Shown here: one piece after another, positions 53,168-62,102 of the stretch
Position numbering within the stretch: the first letter of the stretch is position 1
Layout of the letters: the number at the start of each line of letters is the position of its first letter
Sequence record: MT028491.1
Direction: 5' to 3' (one strand)
Length of the DNA stretch: 64,000 nucleotides
The notes under the pieces: generated by a model
Seen by the model: only the letters and a program-made list of their open reading frames with translations
Told to the model about the DNA's origin: nothing
The model's database searches: none
Program-made: the position numbers and the translations under genes

Positions 53168-53392
53168 TTACTGACTGTTTAGCTGGTTGCCATTTTCATC
53201 GATCACTTTGACGGCACCAGACTTGATCCTATTATAAAGATCAAGAGAAATCCCTTCACCACCACCCATACCGGCGATGATTTCACCGGTAATAAAACAG
53301 GTTGCACATGCTGCCGGGGCAATCTGGCCAAATTTGATTTGAACCAGATTTAGCGAATAATATTCTTCATAGACTTCATCGGAACGTGTCAT
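53168..53392 (-). CDS. hypothetical protein
   Basis: Likely start MTRSDEV; CATC motif. Confidence 0.5.
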   Translation of the reverse strand: MTRSDEVYEEYYSLNLVQIKFGQIAPAACATCFITGEIIAGMGGGEGISLDLYNRIKSGAVKVIDENGNQLNSQ

Positions 53393-53802
53393 GGGTTTGC
53401 CCTTGGTAGATTCCTCAATTCGCATGGTCGATAAACCTCTACAGTCTTCAACTTCGTAGCGATCTTAGCATAATAATTCGTTCCATTCCACGAATCATAA
53501 ATTCCACTGATACCAATAAAAGTGTCAGTTGGAACATGGTAAACACCGGCAATGGTGTTGTTCCCCTCATATCGCCACAGTCTTTTTGAGCGGTCTAGGT
53601 CGTCATGTGGTGTTGAATATGAGATATATTCGAAATAATTACCAAGATCATCTAAATCGGTAATATTTTCAATATAACCATTGGTATCATAATGAAGTGT
53701 AAAATCTGTGATTTCACCAGCATCAACAAAAACCGTCAACACCTGTTTCTTATCCACACCCCTAATAGTGATGTTTGCTTCATAAGTATATTTGTCTGTC
53801 AT
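53389..53802 (-). CDS. hypothetical protein, YDSW family paralog 1
   Basis: GVYHVPTDTFIGISGIYDSWNG. Confidence 0.65.
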   Translation of the reverse strand: MTDKYTYEANITIRGVDKKQVLTVFVDAGEITDFTLHYDTNGYIENITDLDDLGNYFEYISYSTPHDDLDRSKRLWRYEGNNTIAGVYHVPTDTFIGISGIYDSWNGTNYYAKIATKLKTVEVYRPCELRNLPRANP

Positions 53803-53984
53803 AGGAGTCTTTGTAATTCCTCATAGAATTCTTCTGGACTAGAATTCTTTTGCATACAATTTTCACTAAGGTATTTGATTTTGGCAAATTCTGTCTGTTT
53901 ACGAATTCGCTTTGTCCTGCTACCAAATAAATGGTTGAACATACACCGATACGTTTTCATCAATTCCTTATACAAAATAAGCAT
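53799..53984 (-). CDS. hypothetical protein
   Basis: Short operon ORF. Confidence 0.4.
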   Translation of the reverse strand: MLILYKELMKTYRCMFNHLFGSRTKRIRKQTEFAKIKYLSENCMQKNSSPEEFYEELQRLL

Positions 53985-53985
53985 A

Positions 53986-54759
53986 TCAAATTACCTGTGC
54001 TAAGTTATATTTCAGTTGCTTGATCAAATCACGATAAGTGCAACCATTTCCGTAAACAGATATATAGGAAATCTGCATTTGATCCAAAACCATAGAGAAC
54101 AAACGATCTTCAATCACATAGTTTCGTGAATATTTGATACCTTTAGCTACCATCTTAGGATCGCTATGAACTAGCAAACGATTGCAACGCATTACATTAT
54201 GCATTCTGTCTGCCAACTTAGCTAAACTCATATTAGCCGAAAGAAGATATGGATAAGACGCCAGTTTGATATCCGGGCGTGCTGTTATATCAAGAAACAC
54301 ATCAGGAACTAGTTCAATCTGTGTTGTGTCTGTGAAAGACATGATACTTTTATAGATGTGACCAGAAGGGCCAAAATTGGTATCTTCCTTTAGAATATTT
54401 GCCAATTGTTCCTTAGTGATGTAATTGTCTTCAACCATATCATGACATAGACCAATGACAAATTCATCTGACCAAACAGCATCAGACTTAATTTTTGCCA
54501 TGGACTTGGAAGCTTGTGCAACCCAAGTCCAATGAAGGATTTCACGGATAGTTGGGCATTTCGACATTACAAATTTATGCCCACCACCAAACAAGATATT
54601 GGTGATAGTACCTTCATTGTAAAACTTGTCACCTAGATTGAATGCATCGTCATCAAGTGCCTGTAGCTCCATAACATCTTCATTTACAGAACTAATAATA
54701 GCATCAATAATTAGCGTTCCATCTTTAGTAGTAAAATTGTCGAAAAAATTAATATCCAT
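53986..54759 (-). CDS. HD-domain protein, RelA/SpoT hydrolase-like
   Basis: GLCHDMVED and AKLADRMHN match the SpoT/Mesh1-type HD pattern; N-terminal part is atypical. Confidence 0.6.
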   Translation of the reverse strand: MDINFFDNFTTKDGTLIIDAIISSVNEDVMELQALDDDAFNLGDKFYNEGTITNILFGGGHKFVMSKCPTIREILHWTWVAQASKSMAKIKSDAVWSDEFVIGLCHDMVEDNYITKEQLANILKEDTNFGPSGHIYKSIMSFTDTTQIELVPDVFLDITARPDIKLASYPYLLSANMSLAKLADRMHNVMRCNRLLVHSDPKMVAKGIKYSRNYVIEDRLFSMVLDQMQISYISVYGNGCTYRDLIKQLKYNLAQVI

Positions 54760-54798
54760 GAAATCCTCTTATATAATAATCTTTATGCCAATATTATA

Positions 54799-55197
54799 TC
54801 AAAGAATCTTCGAATTGGCAAGTCCATAAGACGTATAAGCTTTGACATCTGCAACGATTCGATCATTCCAATCTGTACCGTTCCAAGAGTCATAATAACC
54901 ATCTACACCAAGAAACTGGTTTGTAGCCTTGTAAATGATACCAGCCGCCGACTGAGAATGTTCATAGCGGTAAAAATCGGTCCATTCGAACGTATCTGGA
55001 TACGCCTTAGCAAGATCAGAACCTTCAAAGATTTCGGAGATTTCACCATATTCGCTAGTAATATCGTCACCGTTAGAATAAAGCTTCCAATCAGAAACCT
55101 TTTCATCATCGCCAAAGGTAAGAACCAAACGATATTCGAAAGTTTCAGTGTTATTCCAATTGCTAAGCGACCATGTAAATTCTTTTTCGTTACTCAC
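54799..55197 (-). CDS. hypothetical protein, YDSW family paralog 2
   Basis: GIIYKATNQFLGVDGYYDSWNG. Confidence 0.65.
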   Translation of the reverse strand: MSNEKEFTWSLSNWNNTETFEYRLVLTFGDDEKVSDWKLYSNGDDITSEYGEISEIFEGSDLAKAYPDTFEWTDFYRYEHSQSAAGIIYKATNQFLGVDGYYDSWNGTDWNDRIVADVKAYTSYGLANSKIL

Positions 55198-55240
55198 TTA
55201 ATGCCTTTCAAATGTGAAGTAATACATCTTCACAACCAGT

Positions 55241-55426
55241 TTAAAATTGGATTTGATTATGCAAATCCATTGCATGGCGAGCTTTTTCATAACATTCGCT
55301 CGCCAAACTCTCATATAGGTTCCAATAATGGGAACCCGGTTTGTAGTGTTTCATTGATTTGCGACAAGCATATGCCGCAAATTGGTTATAGATTGCGCTT
55401 TCTAGAAACGTGTGTTCCATTACCAA
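55241..55426 (-). CDS. hypothetical protein
   Basis: Short operon ORF. Confidence 0.45.
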   Translation of the reverse strand: MVMEHTFLESAIYNQFAAYACRKSMKHYKPGSHYWNLYESLASECYEKARHAMDLHNQIQF

Positions 55427-55920
55427 TCGACCGACTGATAAAGTTCAAAAAGAGCATCAAAAGCCGCTTGAGCCTTTTCCTTTAGCTCTGGAAATTCATC
55501 AATTCGTGGATGTCCAAGAACATGGGTAGAAAAATGATCCATGGATGTATAGGTTCTGTCTAGGATTTCGTAAGAACCTAGATCAAATTCTTCTCCATCA
55601 ATATCAACAATCTGTTCATTGGCATAAAGATGCTTAATCAGCTTTGCCGAAGGCTTTTCAATATCACCGCGCAACATAGCTAGATGAACAGCGTTAGGAT
55701 CGGAAAGAACGCTCTTGTATTCAGAAATACGTTCAACCAAACCATTTATTTCACCGGCTGTTACTGGTTCCGCCAATTCGCAATCATTCGGTCCTTGTGC
55801 ATAAAGTGGATGGTTTTCCTCATAAAAACCATAAACCACTTCGCCATTAAGACGTGCAATTTCTTTTTCCAGCCGCGCAATCTTTTCTTCCAAGGTTTCA
55901 TTCTTAAGTTCATTCATCAA
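55420..55920 (-). CDS. hypothetical protein
   Basis: Contains DPNAVHLAMLRG.I..P, a recurring phage motif. Confidence 0.6.
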   Translation of the reverse strand: MMNELKNETLEEKIARLEKEIARLNGEVVYGFYEENHPLYAQGPNDCELAEPVTAGEINGLVERISEYKSVLSDPNAVHLAMLRGDIEKPSAKLIKHLYANEQIVDIDGEEFDLGSYEILDRTYTSMDHFSTHVLGHPRIDEFPELKEKAQAAFDALFELYQSVDW

Positions 55921-56267
55921 TAAATACTCCCTTGATATTCGTCAACTATATCAAGAACATCAGAATGTTTTTTAATATAGTCAATTGCATCTTTCATAGT
56001 CCAAAATGATGCAAAGCTTTCATTGATCTTGATAGGTGGCAATAGCAACGCAAGATCATTATCGGTCGTATGACCACCAAGACTATTGATACTATAATAG
56101 TCACTTTCTAGTGATGCTGGATCGCCTTTATGATACGCTGCCAAATCTTCGTACATCGATTCAGTGAAGACAAAAGTTTCAAAAGCATTCCAACTGTCTT
56201 CACTGACAATTTTGATGTCAAGGTCTTCCGAACCAATCAAAACGATCAAATAGCCTTTAATTTTCAT
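55917..56267 (-). CDS. hypothetical protein
   Basis: Likely start MKIKGYL after SD AGAGG. Confidence 0.55.
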   Translation of the reverse strand: MKIKGYLIVLIGSEDLDIKIVSEDSWNAFETFVFTESMYEDLAAYHKGDPASLESDYYSINSLGGHTTDNDLALLLPPIKINESFASFWTMKDAIDYIKKHSDVLDIVDEYQGSIY

Positions 56268-56478
56268 CGGTTGACCTCTTGAGTTTATAGGTTGGTGGAA
56301 TGGGATATCTTGCGCGCTTTTCAAAAAGCAACCCTGCTATAGACGAACCTGTCATTATCCCACCAATACAAGCAATTACCAAGCCAAACCAAAATGGCAA
56401 AGCCGTGACAAAAATAGAAATTCCAATAAGTGTCAGGCCAGCAATTCCACGAAAAATGAGTTGGGTTTGTCTAGTCAT
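56257..56478 (-). CDS. small 2-TM membrane protein
   Basis: Hydrophobic hairpin. Confidence 0.5.
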   Translation of the reverse strand: MTRQTQLIFRGIAGLTLIGISIFVTALPFWFGLVIACIGGIMTGSSIAGLLFEKRARYPIPPTYKLKRSTDEN

Positions 56479-56834
56479 TAGTCGTCAAACTCCACAATTT
56501 TTTTCTTGACAATCTTATAGCTATTGACAGGTTCAATAACAAAAATACCGGGATCGCCACCATCACGACCAGACCAAGAATCATATGTCTGAATAGTCGC
56601 ACCGACAACGTAATCAGTATCCTTGTATCGATAACCCTTAAAGCCAATGCCTTCTACAAAAGACCAAGTGCCATCATCATAGCTATGGAAATGGAATAGA
56701 TCGTAAGCATCGCATTGACGTTCAATCTTTTCACCACAACGTTCCAATTCAATGTTTACAGGAACATCATGTTCCAGCGTGACAAGAATTGTACCTTCAT
56801 ATTTACCAAAATCAATCTTAACTACATTACTCAA
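56478..56834 (-). CDS. hypothetical protein, YDSW family paralog 3
   Basis: GYRYKDTDYVVGATIQTYDSWSG. Confidence 0.62.
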   Translation of the reverse strand: MSNVVKIDFGKYEGTILVTLEHDVPVNIELERCGEKIERQCDAYDLFHFHSYDDGTWSFVEGIGFKGYRYKDTDYVVGATIQTYDSWSGRDGGDPGIFVIEPVNSYKIVKKKIVEFDD

Positions 56835-57273
56835 TTTCTGTCCTTTTATAGAACCTTAGCTCAATACCAGATTCTTCCGCTTTAATCTTTGTAATATCGA
56901 AACCATAAATTTCTGGATTATGAAAATCATCTACTGATTCGACAACTATACACTTAATACCAGATTGTATAAGTAAGTCGATACAATGTTCACATGGCAT
57001 ATGGGTTACATATGCACTTGCACCTTTCAATCTGGTTCCTGCCTTTGCTGCATTACAAATAGCATTAGCTTCTGCATGAATTGTCCAATGATATTTTTCT
57101 GGACGTTTCATGCGTTCCGGGGTTTCATTGATACCTCTAGAGAACCCATTCCAACCGGTGGATAAGACCTCTTGATCTTCCCCAACAAGGACACAACCAA
57201 CTTGAGTCGTGTCCTTTGCTTTGGATTTAACCGAATGAGCAAGATCGATAAAATATTGATCCCAAGACTTCAT
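56827..57273 (-). CDS. dcd: dCMP deaminase
   Basis: WDQYF..LA, TQVGCVLV, STG.NG, HAEANAI, PCEHC. Confidence 0.93.
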   Translation of the reverse strand: MKSWDQYFIDLAHSVKSKAKDTTQVGCVLVGEDQEVLSTGWNGFSRGINETPERMKRPEKYHWTIHAEANAICNAAKAGTRLKGASAYVTHMPCEHCIDLLIQSGIKCIVVESVDDFHNPEIYGFDITKIKAEESGIELRFYKRTEIE

Positions 57274-57536
57274 AGATTATCTTCGATAATTTCCGTCTCA
57301 TATTCGGTCACAATAGCTACCTTTGCGCCGCATTTAACCACTGGCGAACCATCGGTTGTAGAAACGATGACGGCAACAGTATTGCCGTCTTTATCCTTGA
57401 TTGCGAGCTTATGAGCGCGCTTTGTTACCTTGCCAGATGGAGCTTTTGAAACTCGAATAGCAGGATCGGGGTTAACCCAACCTTTCTTGTTGTTACTGGC
57501 AATGACATTTTTACAAACTGAAATATAATTAGACAT
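57270..57536 (-). CDS. conserved hypothetical phage protein
   Basis: V..N.I..N.K.G...P.I and CGAKV.I.T, a recurring phage motif. Confidence 0.6.
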   Translation of the reverse strand: MSNYISVCKNVIASNNKKGWVNPDPAIRVSKAPSGKVTKRAHKLAIKDKDGNTVAVIVSTTDGSPVVKCGAKVAIVTEYETEIIEDNL

Positions 57537-57696
57537 GTTTATTTGCTAGAATTTCCCTCTTCATGATGTAGTGAGTCATCGCTACACCCTGATATGCAAA
57601 GCCAATATCCCAACCTTCGGCCCCTTCAACATTAAGCTTATCTTGAGCTTCGTTAAGGGTTTCTGCCGATATAATCTTGTACTCGAATTTCTTCAT
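57529..57696 (-). CDS. DUF4177-like small protein
   Basis: MKKFEYK...LN..G.EGW; start at 57696 after SD AGGAG. Confidence 0.6.
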   Translation of the reverse strand: MKKFEYKIISAETLNEAQDKLNVEGAEGWDIGFAYQGVAMTHYIMKREILANKHV

Positions 57697-57703
57697 GATG
57701 CTC

Positions 57704-58147
57704 CTATGTGCCGTATTTGTAAATAATTTCCTCTTCGTTCGACACATCCCGAACTTCGATTGTCTGGTAGCTATCGAACGGGTTTTGTTCCCGCCTTGGT
57801 TCTGAGACTTGCATGATGTAGAATTCTTCACCATATTCCATATCAGACCATGAATCATATACGGTTTTGATACCGAACATGAGTCCTGTTGATTTCTGTC
57901 GGAAGCCAACAAGAGAACGATTCTCGACCAATTCGAAATCATCCCCAAGATCAATCTTATCACCATAAGCCGCATTGTTTACCACATGGTAAAATGATTC
58001 GCTTTCTGTAATAAGACTACCCTTATCATTAAACAAACGACCTGATACCAGTTCTCCATTTTCAATATCTAGTTCAAGATGGAATCGCTTATCTCTATTC
58101 GCCCATTCTTGAGTGTTAGAAAGAAATGATACAACTTTGGTTTCCAT
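57704..58147 (-). CDS. hypothetical protein, YDSW family paralog 4
   Basis: GFRQKSTGLMFGIKTVYDSWSD. Confidence 0.62.
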   Translation of the reverse strand: METKVVSFLSNTQEWANRDKRFHLELDIENGELVSGRLFNDKGSLITESESFYHVVNNAAYGDKIDLGDDFELVENRSLVGFRQKSTGLMFGIKTVYDSWSDMEYGEEFYIMQVSEPRREQNPFDSYQTIEVRDVSNEEEIIYKYGT

Positions 58148-58164
58148 AACAAAAATCCCCTAAA

Positions 58165-58425
58165 TTAGAGATAGGAAATAATCCTATCAATTTCATCTGT
58201 TTGATCCTTAAGCCATTCTTTGTAATGATTAAGGACATATTTCTTTGCGTCCAACTCACTTGTCAAGTTATTGATTAAGCAAGTCGAATCATAGTCTGGA
58301 TCATGAGGATGTGCGCCTGAAAATACAGAATAAGTTTTTTCCAGTTTACTATTATGAATATGGTATCCATAATAGTATGCATATCCCAAATGATCGTATT
58401 GTAGTTCGTTATTCATTAACGACAC
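58165..58425 (-). CDS. hypothetical protein
   Basis: Operon ORF. Confidence 0.5.
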   Translation of the reverse strand: MSLMNNELQYDHLGYAYYYGYHIHNSKLEKTYSVFSGAHPHDPDYDSTCLINNLTSELDAKKYVLNHYKEWLKDQTDEIDRIISYL

Positions 58426-58538
58426 ATACTATTCGTCAAGAATTCCGTAGTGTCGCAGTTACGCTTGAACATTGCGCAACCAGAAGCCGTTCCAGCCAGA
58501 AGACCGATAACCATAAAGCTTGCAATAATCTTCTTCAT
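58416..58538 (-). CDS. small lipoprotein (40 aa)
   Basis: Translated by hand as MKKIIASFMVIGLLAGTASGCAMFKRNCDTTEFLTNSMCR*; lipobox ASGC; SD AGGAG. Confidence 0.6.
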   Translation of the reverse strand: MKKIIASFMVIGLLAGTASGCAMFKRNCDTTEFLTNSMCR

Positions 58539-58546
58539 TTCTTCTC

Positions 58547-58987
58547 CTAGTACAAGATATCCGACATCAGTTTTTCCGTTCGAATATCCATCAAAATTTT
58601 ACCCAAGTGATTAGAGCCTTTGCCATTACAAATACCCCAATACGTATCACCCCATGTATTACCTTCAATAAGATCATGTGGTGAAGTGGCTGTTAGTTTT
58701 TCTGACAATTCATATTTAAGAAATTTTTGAAAAACTAACATTTTCATCACATCTAACTTAACATCTTCCCAATCATTACGCAAGGGTAATTTTTTACCTT
58801 CTCGCTTTGCTTGACCGGCTGTTAGTGAACCAGATATCATAAACTGATATCTAAGATCGATATTTAATGTCTTTGCAGCTTGATAAGCATGTTCAACAGA
58901 AGGATACACATACCCATCATAATGAATGTCACAAGGATAGAAATTACTAAGGAATTCGTATTCCCCTATAAATCTATCGATTGGCAT
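58547..58987 (-). CDS. NADAR family ADP-ribosylhydrolase (YbiA-like)
   Basis: FLSNFYP, SVEHAYQAAK, LR.DWEDVK, KF, LIEGN.WGDTYWG, NHLGKILM.IR. Confidence 0.92.
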   Translation of the reverse strand: MPIDRFIGEYEFLSNFYPCDIHYDGYVYPSVEHAYQAAKTLNIDLRYQFMISGSLTAGQAKREGKKLPLRNDWEDVKLDVMKMLVFQKFLKYELSEKLTATSPHDLIEGNTWGDTYWGICNGKGSNHLGKILMDIRTEKLMSDILY

Positions 58988-59285
58988 AATCGATAATCTC
59001 TATTTCGGTATTGATAAACTGTTGAAAATATTCCAGCCGATCAATGATGTCCGAAACTTGTATAGGTTCTTCGGACGCCTTCCATTTCTCGATATTTTCT
59101 TTGAAAACTTCTGCAACTGGACGCTTTTTAGAAACCAATTCAGGATTTTCGTTTTCAACGAATGTGGAGATTGCCAAACAAGCGGCACCTTCTCTACTAA
59201 TCTTTTTGATAGAGGCAATAGTATCCAATGAATTCATTGCCTCATCATCAGCGTCAAATTCCATTTTGACATATTTTTCAGTCAT
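58974..59285 (-). CDS. hypothetical protein
   Basis: Operon ORF. Confidence 0.5.
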   Translation of the reverse strand: MTEKYVKMEFDADDEAMNSLDTIASIKKISREGAACLAISTFVENENPELVSKKRPVAEVFKENIEKWKASEEPIQVSDIIDRLEYFQQFINTEIEIIDYANR

Positions 59286-59449
59286 TTTCTTTTCCCATTA
59301 GGATCATGTGGTTCTGTCGATCCATCATCACATTTGTACAAGAATGCATAACCATCACATTCTGGACACGTTTCATCAAACATTTCGCCCCCGGAAATCA
59401 TCTGCCCATACCCGTAACAATACCAGCATTCAACAATTCTCTTCTTCAT
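59282..59449 (-). CDS. small DnaJ-type zinc-finger protein (55 aa)
   Basis: Translated by hand; CWYCYGYG...CPECDGY; SD AGGAG. Confidence 0.55.
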   Translation of the reverse strand: MKKRIVECWYCYGYGQMISGGEMFDETCPECDGYAFLYKCDDGSTEPHDPNGKRK

Positions 59450-59495
59450 TTGGACTTATGACTCCTATGCACTAAATTACAATAAAACTAATAAC

Positions 59496-59524
59496 AAAAA
59501 AAGAGGGATTTTGCAACCCCTCTT
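59496..59524 (-). terminator. intrinsic terminator after SPFH
   Basis: AGAGGGG-TTGCAAAA-TCCCTCT-TTTTTT. Confidence 0.75.
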
Positions 59525-59542
59525 TACATTTATTTTAGTCTT

Positions 59543-60394
59543 TTAATCGACTTGCTTCTTAAGCATATTGACCAACTGATCAGCATTGCCAACATAACCA
59601 AGCGTTGCTGGCATCTGGCCATTCCAGCGCTGAATAGCTTCAAGAGTAATCAGTTCTGGATTCTTTCGAATTGCTTCACCACGAATGGTAATTGCCTTTG
59701 CTTCTGCTTCCGCCTTTTCAACCGCCGCATCAGCAAGGCCCTTGGCTTCAATACGGTTCTTTTCAGCTTCGGCTTTAGTCGTTTCGATTTCGTTATTACG
59801 GGTAATCGATTTCTGTTGAGCAATGATCTTTTCGTTGATCGAATCCTTGACAACATCTGGTGGAACGATTTCCGAAAGAATATTCACTGATTCGATGTTG
59901 ATTCCATAAGGCCCAACTTGACTACGCAAACGCTCTTCTGTTGCCTTCAAAAGATCGGCCTTCTTAGGTCCAATAATATCTTCAATAGACATTCGAGAAG
60001 CGGACGTATTCATTGCAGAGTAAAGAAGCTGGCGAAGCTGAATTTCAGAAATTTCATCCACACCCTTACGATACTTCTGGAATAGAAGTGGAACCTTATC
60101 TTGTTCTACTGAAAAAGTTACACCGATTCGAGCCTTTGCCGAAACACCTTGATCAGCCTGAATATCAAATTCGTCATACTGTTTGGTAACAGTAAAGGTT
60201 GGGAACGTATAAAGGGTCTTTGTTGGGAAAGTCAGATACCAGCCAACCGGAAGGACTTCCTTTGGAACACCACGTTCCGTATCATCACCATACTTGTTGA
60301 CCATAATGCCAACTTCACCCGGATTTACCCAACCACATGCGGTCACGAAACCCATCATAAAAATCATACTAAAAACGGTAACGATTTTTCTCAA
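59543..60394 (-). CDS. SPFH / band-7 (prohibitin) lipoprotein
   Basis: Lipobox VTAC; V.PGEVGI.V..YG, PT....FPTF, LRSQV..YGI.IE, coiled coil AEAE...IRGEAIRKNP, WNGQMP. Confidence 0.9.
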   Translation of the reverse strand: MRKIVTVFSMIFMMGFVTACGWVNPGEVGIMVNKYGDDTERGVPKEVLPVGWYLTFPTKTLYTFPTFTVTKQYDEFDIQADQGVSAKARIGVTFSVEQDKVPLLFQKYRKGVDEISEIQLRQLLYSAMNTSASRMSIEDIIGPKKADLLKATEERLRSQVGPYGINIESVNILSEIVPPDVVKDSINEKIIAQQKSITRNNEIETTKAEAEKNRIEAKGLADAAVEKAEAEAKAITIRGEAIRKNPELITLEAIQRWNGQMPATLGYVGNADQLVNMLKKQVD

Positions 60395-60897
60395 TTGTGT
60401 TTTCCTTCTTTTATCATTTGTTTAACTAGCAGGCCCATTGCCTTTCTAGCCTTATTTTTATCCTCAAGATTATAGAGAATGCCTTTAACCACTATCGATG
60501 TATCATGAGGGGTATTCGGTTTTCTAACCGGAATTTCGTAATTCTCACCACCAGCCTTAATTACGATAACTGGTATTTCTGTCTGGCCTGTATGTTCGAT
60601 ATAAGTTCTGGTTTGAGGATATGCTAGATAGCGACTATCCAAACCATCAAACATCAATGCGCTTCGATATATATCCTCTTGTTTGGCTTTCAACTGATTG
60701 AGTTGTTTCAGAAATGTTAACATCATCAAATCTTTGGTTCTATAGACAGAGCTAATAGAAGAAAAGATCATGAACACACTAAATGTCATTAATGGTGTTA
60801 GCCATGGGTTTCCATATACGAATTGCAAAACAGTTGCGAATGATATCAACACTAATGAAGTCATCATCAGAATTATTTTAAATCTATGTGAACCCAT
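60391..60897 (-). CDS. 2-TM membrane protein with soluble C-terminal domain
   Basis: N-terminal hydrophobic hairpin. Confidence 0.55.
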   Translation of the reverse strand: MGSHRFKIILMMTSLVLISFATVLQFVYGNPWLTPLMTFSVFMIFSSISSVYRTKDLMMLTFLKQLNQLKAKQEDIYRSALMFDGLDSRYLAYPQTRTYIEHTGQTEIPVIVIKAGGENYEIPVRKPNTPHDTSIVVKGILYNLEDKNKARKAMGLLVKQMIKEGKHN

Positions 60898-60899
60898 TA

Positions 60900-61409
60900 C
60901 TAAGACCTTTCATCTAGCAAATCATTAACCAACTCAATCAATGGATCGACCAAATATACCGTATATTCATCACCCTTAAAAACCTTTTCCGTTTTAACGG
61001 TATATGATTCGGTTGGAATATCAAATGATATATAGATAGTTTTGTTATAATTTTTGGTAAAAAGCGCAAACGTACCTAGAGTTTCATATTGTAAGGTATT
61101 AGGGTTTTGATAAGGGTATTCGGCAGTCACAAACTTGTCTCCACATTCGACATATTTGAAAAACTTTCTCATATCCTCATCATATCGAGTCATTATATCA
61201 TATGGAACCCGCCAAGAGCTTCCAGCGAGTCCCATTACTTCACGATGTCTTCTTTTGATGTCCCGTTCAATGCTTAGACATGAATAACCTAGGGAAACAA
61301 TACATATGGCAGTTGCTATTGGCATTTTCCATAGAAGAATATCAATAAACATCCCAACCATTAGTATGCAACATATGATTATAAAGTCTAACCACATCTT
61401 ATAAGTCAT
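60900..61409 (-). CDS. 2-TM membrane protein with soluble C-terminal domain
   Basis: N-terminal hydrophobic hairpin. Confidence 0.55.
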   Translation of the reverse strand: MTYKMWLDFIIICCILMVGMFIDILLWKMPIATAICIVSLGYSCLSIERDIKRRHREVMGLAGSSWRVPYDIMTRYDEDMRKFFKYVECGDKFVTAEYPYQNPNTLQYETLGTFALFTKNYNKTIYISFDIPTESYTVKTEKVFKGDEYTVYLVDPLIELVNDLLDERS

Positions 61410-61897
61410 CGCATGAATGCCTTGCCGCTTCTTACGTTTTCATCTTCCTTCAACCATTCCAAGAAACGATTGATGCTTTTGTATTCGTTGGCACCAACAT
61501 AAAACACGCCATTACCATGAAATGTAACAGTCTCATAAGAATGGTAATTTGAGATATACACTCTTAAGGAAATTTGAGTTGGAGAACAATTGTATGAGTT
61601 AATTTCACATTTCCCATCAATACGAATCACAGAGAAAAATTCTCTAATGTCTGGTGCTGTTAGACTAAGAAACTCTCTTTTGATGGAGTGAGTATTCACC
61701 ATCATTGAAAACAGTTTTTTAATTTTGGTGTATTGGTCCAATGTGCGATTGATGAACAAAATGGTTCCGGTAACCAGAACAAAAACAGTTGCCATCAATC
61801 CGAACAACAAATTAAATCCCCAACCCAACACCAGCAAGATAAACATCGCAGAGAAAGCGGCAATGCTGATTTTGTCGTGTTTTAGGATGCTAAGCAT
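61406..61897 (-). CDS. 2-TM membrane protein with soluble C-terminal domain
   Basis: N-terminal hydrophobic hairpin; likely start MLSILK. Confidence 0.55.
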   Translation of the reverse strand: MLSILKHDKISIAAFSAMFILLVLGWGFNLLFGLMATVFVLVTGTILFINRTLDQYTKIKKLFSMMVNTHSIKREFLSLTAPDIREFFSVIRIDGKCEINSYNCSPTQISLRVYISNYHSYETVTFHGNGVFYVGANEYKSINRFLEWLKEDENVRSGKAFMR

Positions 61898-62102
61898 TAT
61901 CAGACTCCGGCTTGTTGCCAAATTTCGAAATAAGCTTGGCAATTACACCACCAATAATCAGAAGAACAACCAGATAGCAAATGATCCAGTAGGTTGAGGC
62001 ATAATTGACCAGATATTGGAACACACCCCAAAGGCCGCTGATTGCCAGAATAGAAACACCAATCAAGATAAGAATGGTGGAAAGATCAAACTTTTTAAAC
62101 AT
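61890..62102 (-). CDS. small 2-TM membrane protein
   Basis: Two TM segments. Confidence 0.55.
   Translation of the reverse strand: MFKKFDLSTILILIGVSILAISGLWGVFQYLVNYASTYWIICYLVVLLIIGGVIAKLISKFGNKPESDNA

Noticed and set aside
57529-57975. 148-aa ORF from the track overlapping YDSW paralog 4
   Set aside because: Only the last 55 codons (from ATG 57696, with SD) look real; the upstream part is an alternate frame of 57704-58147
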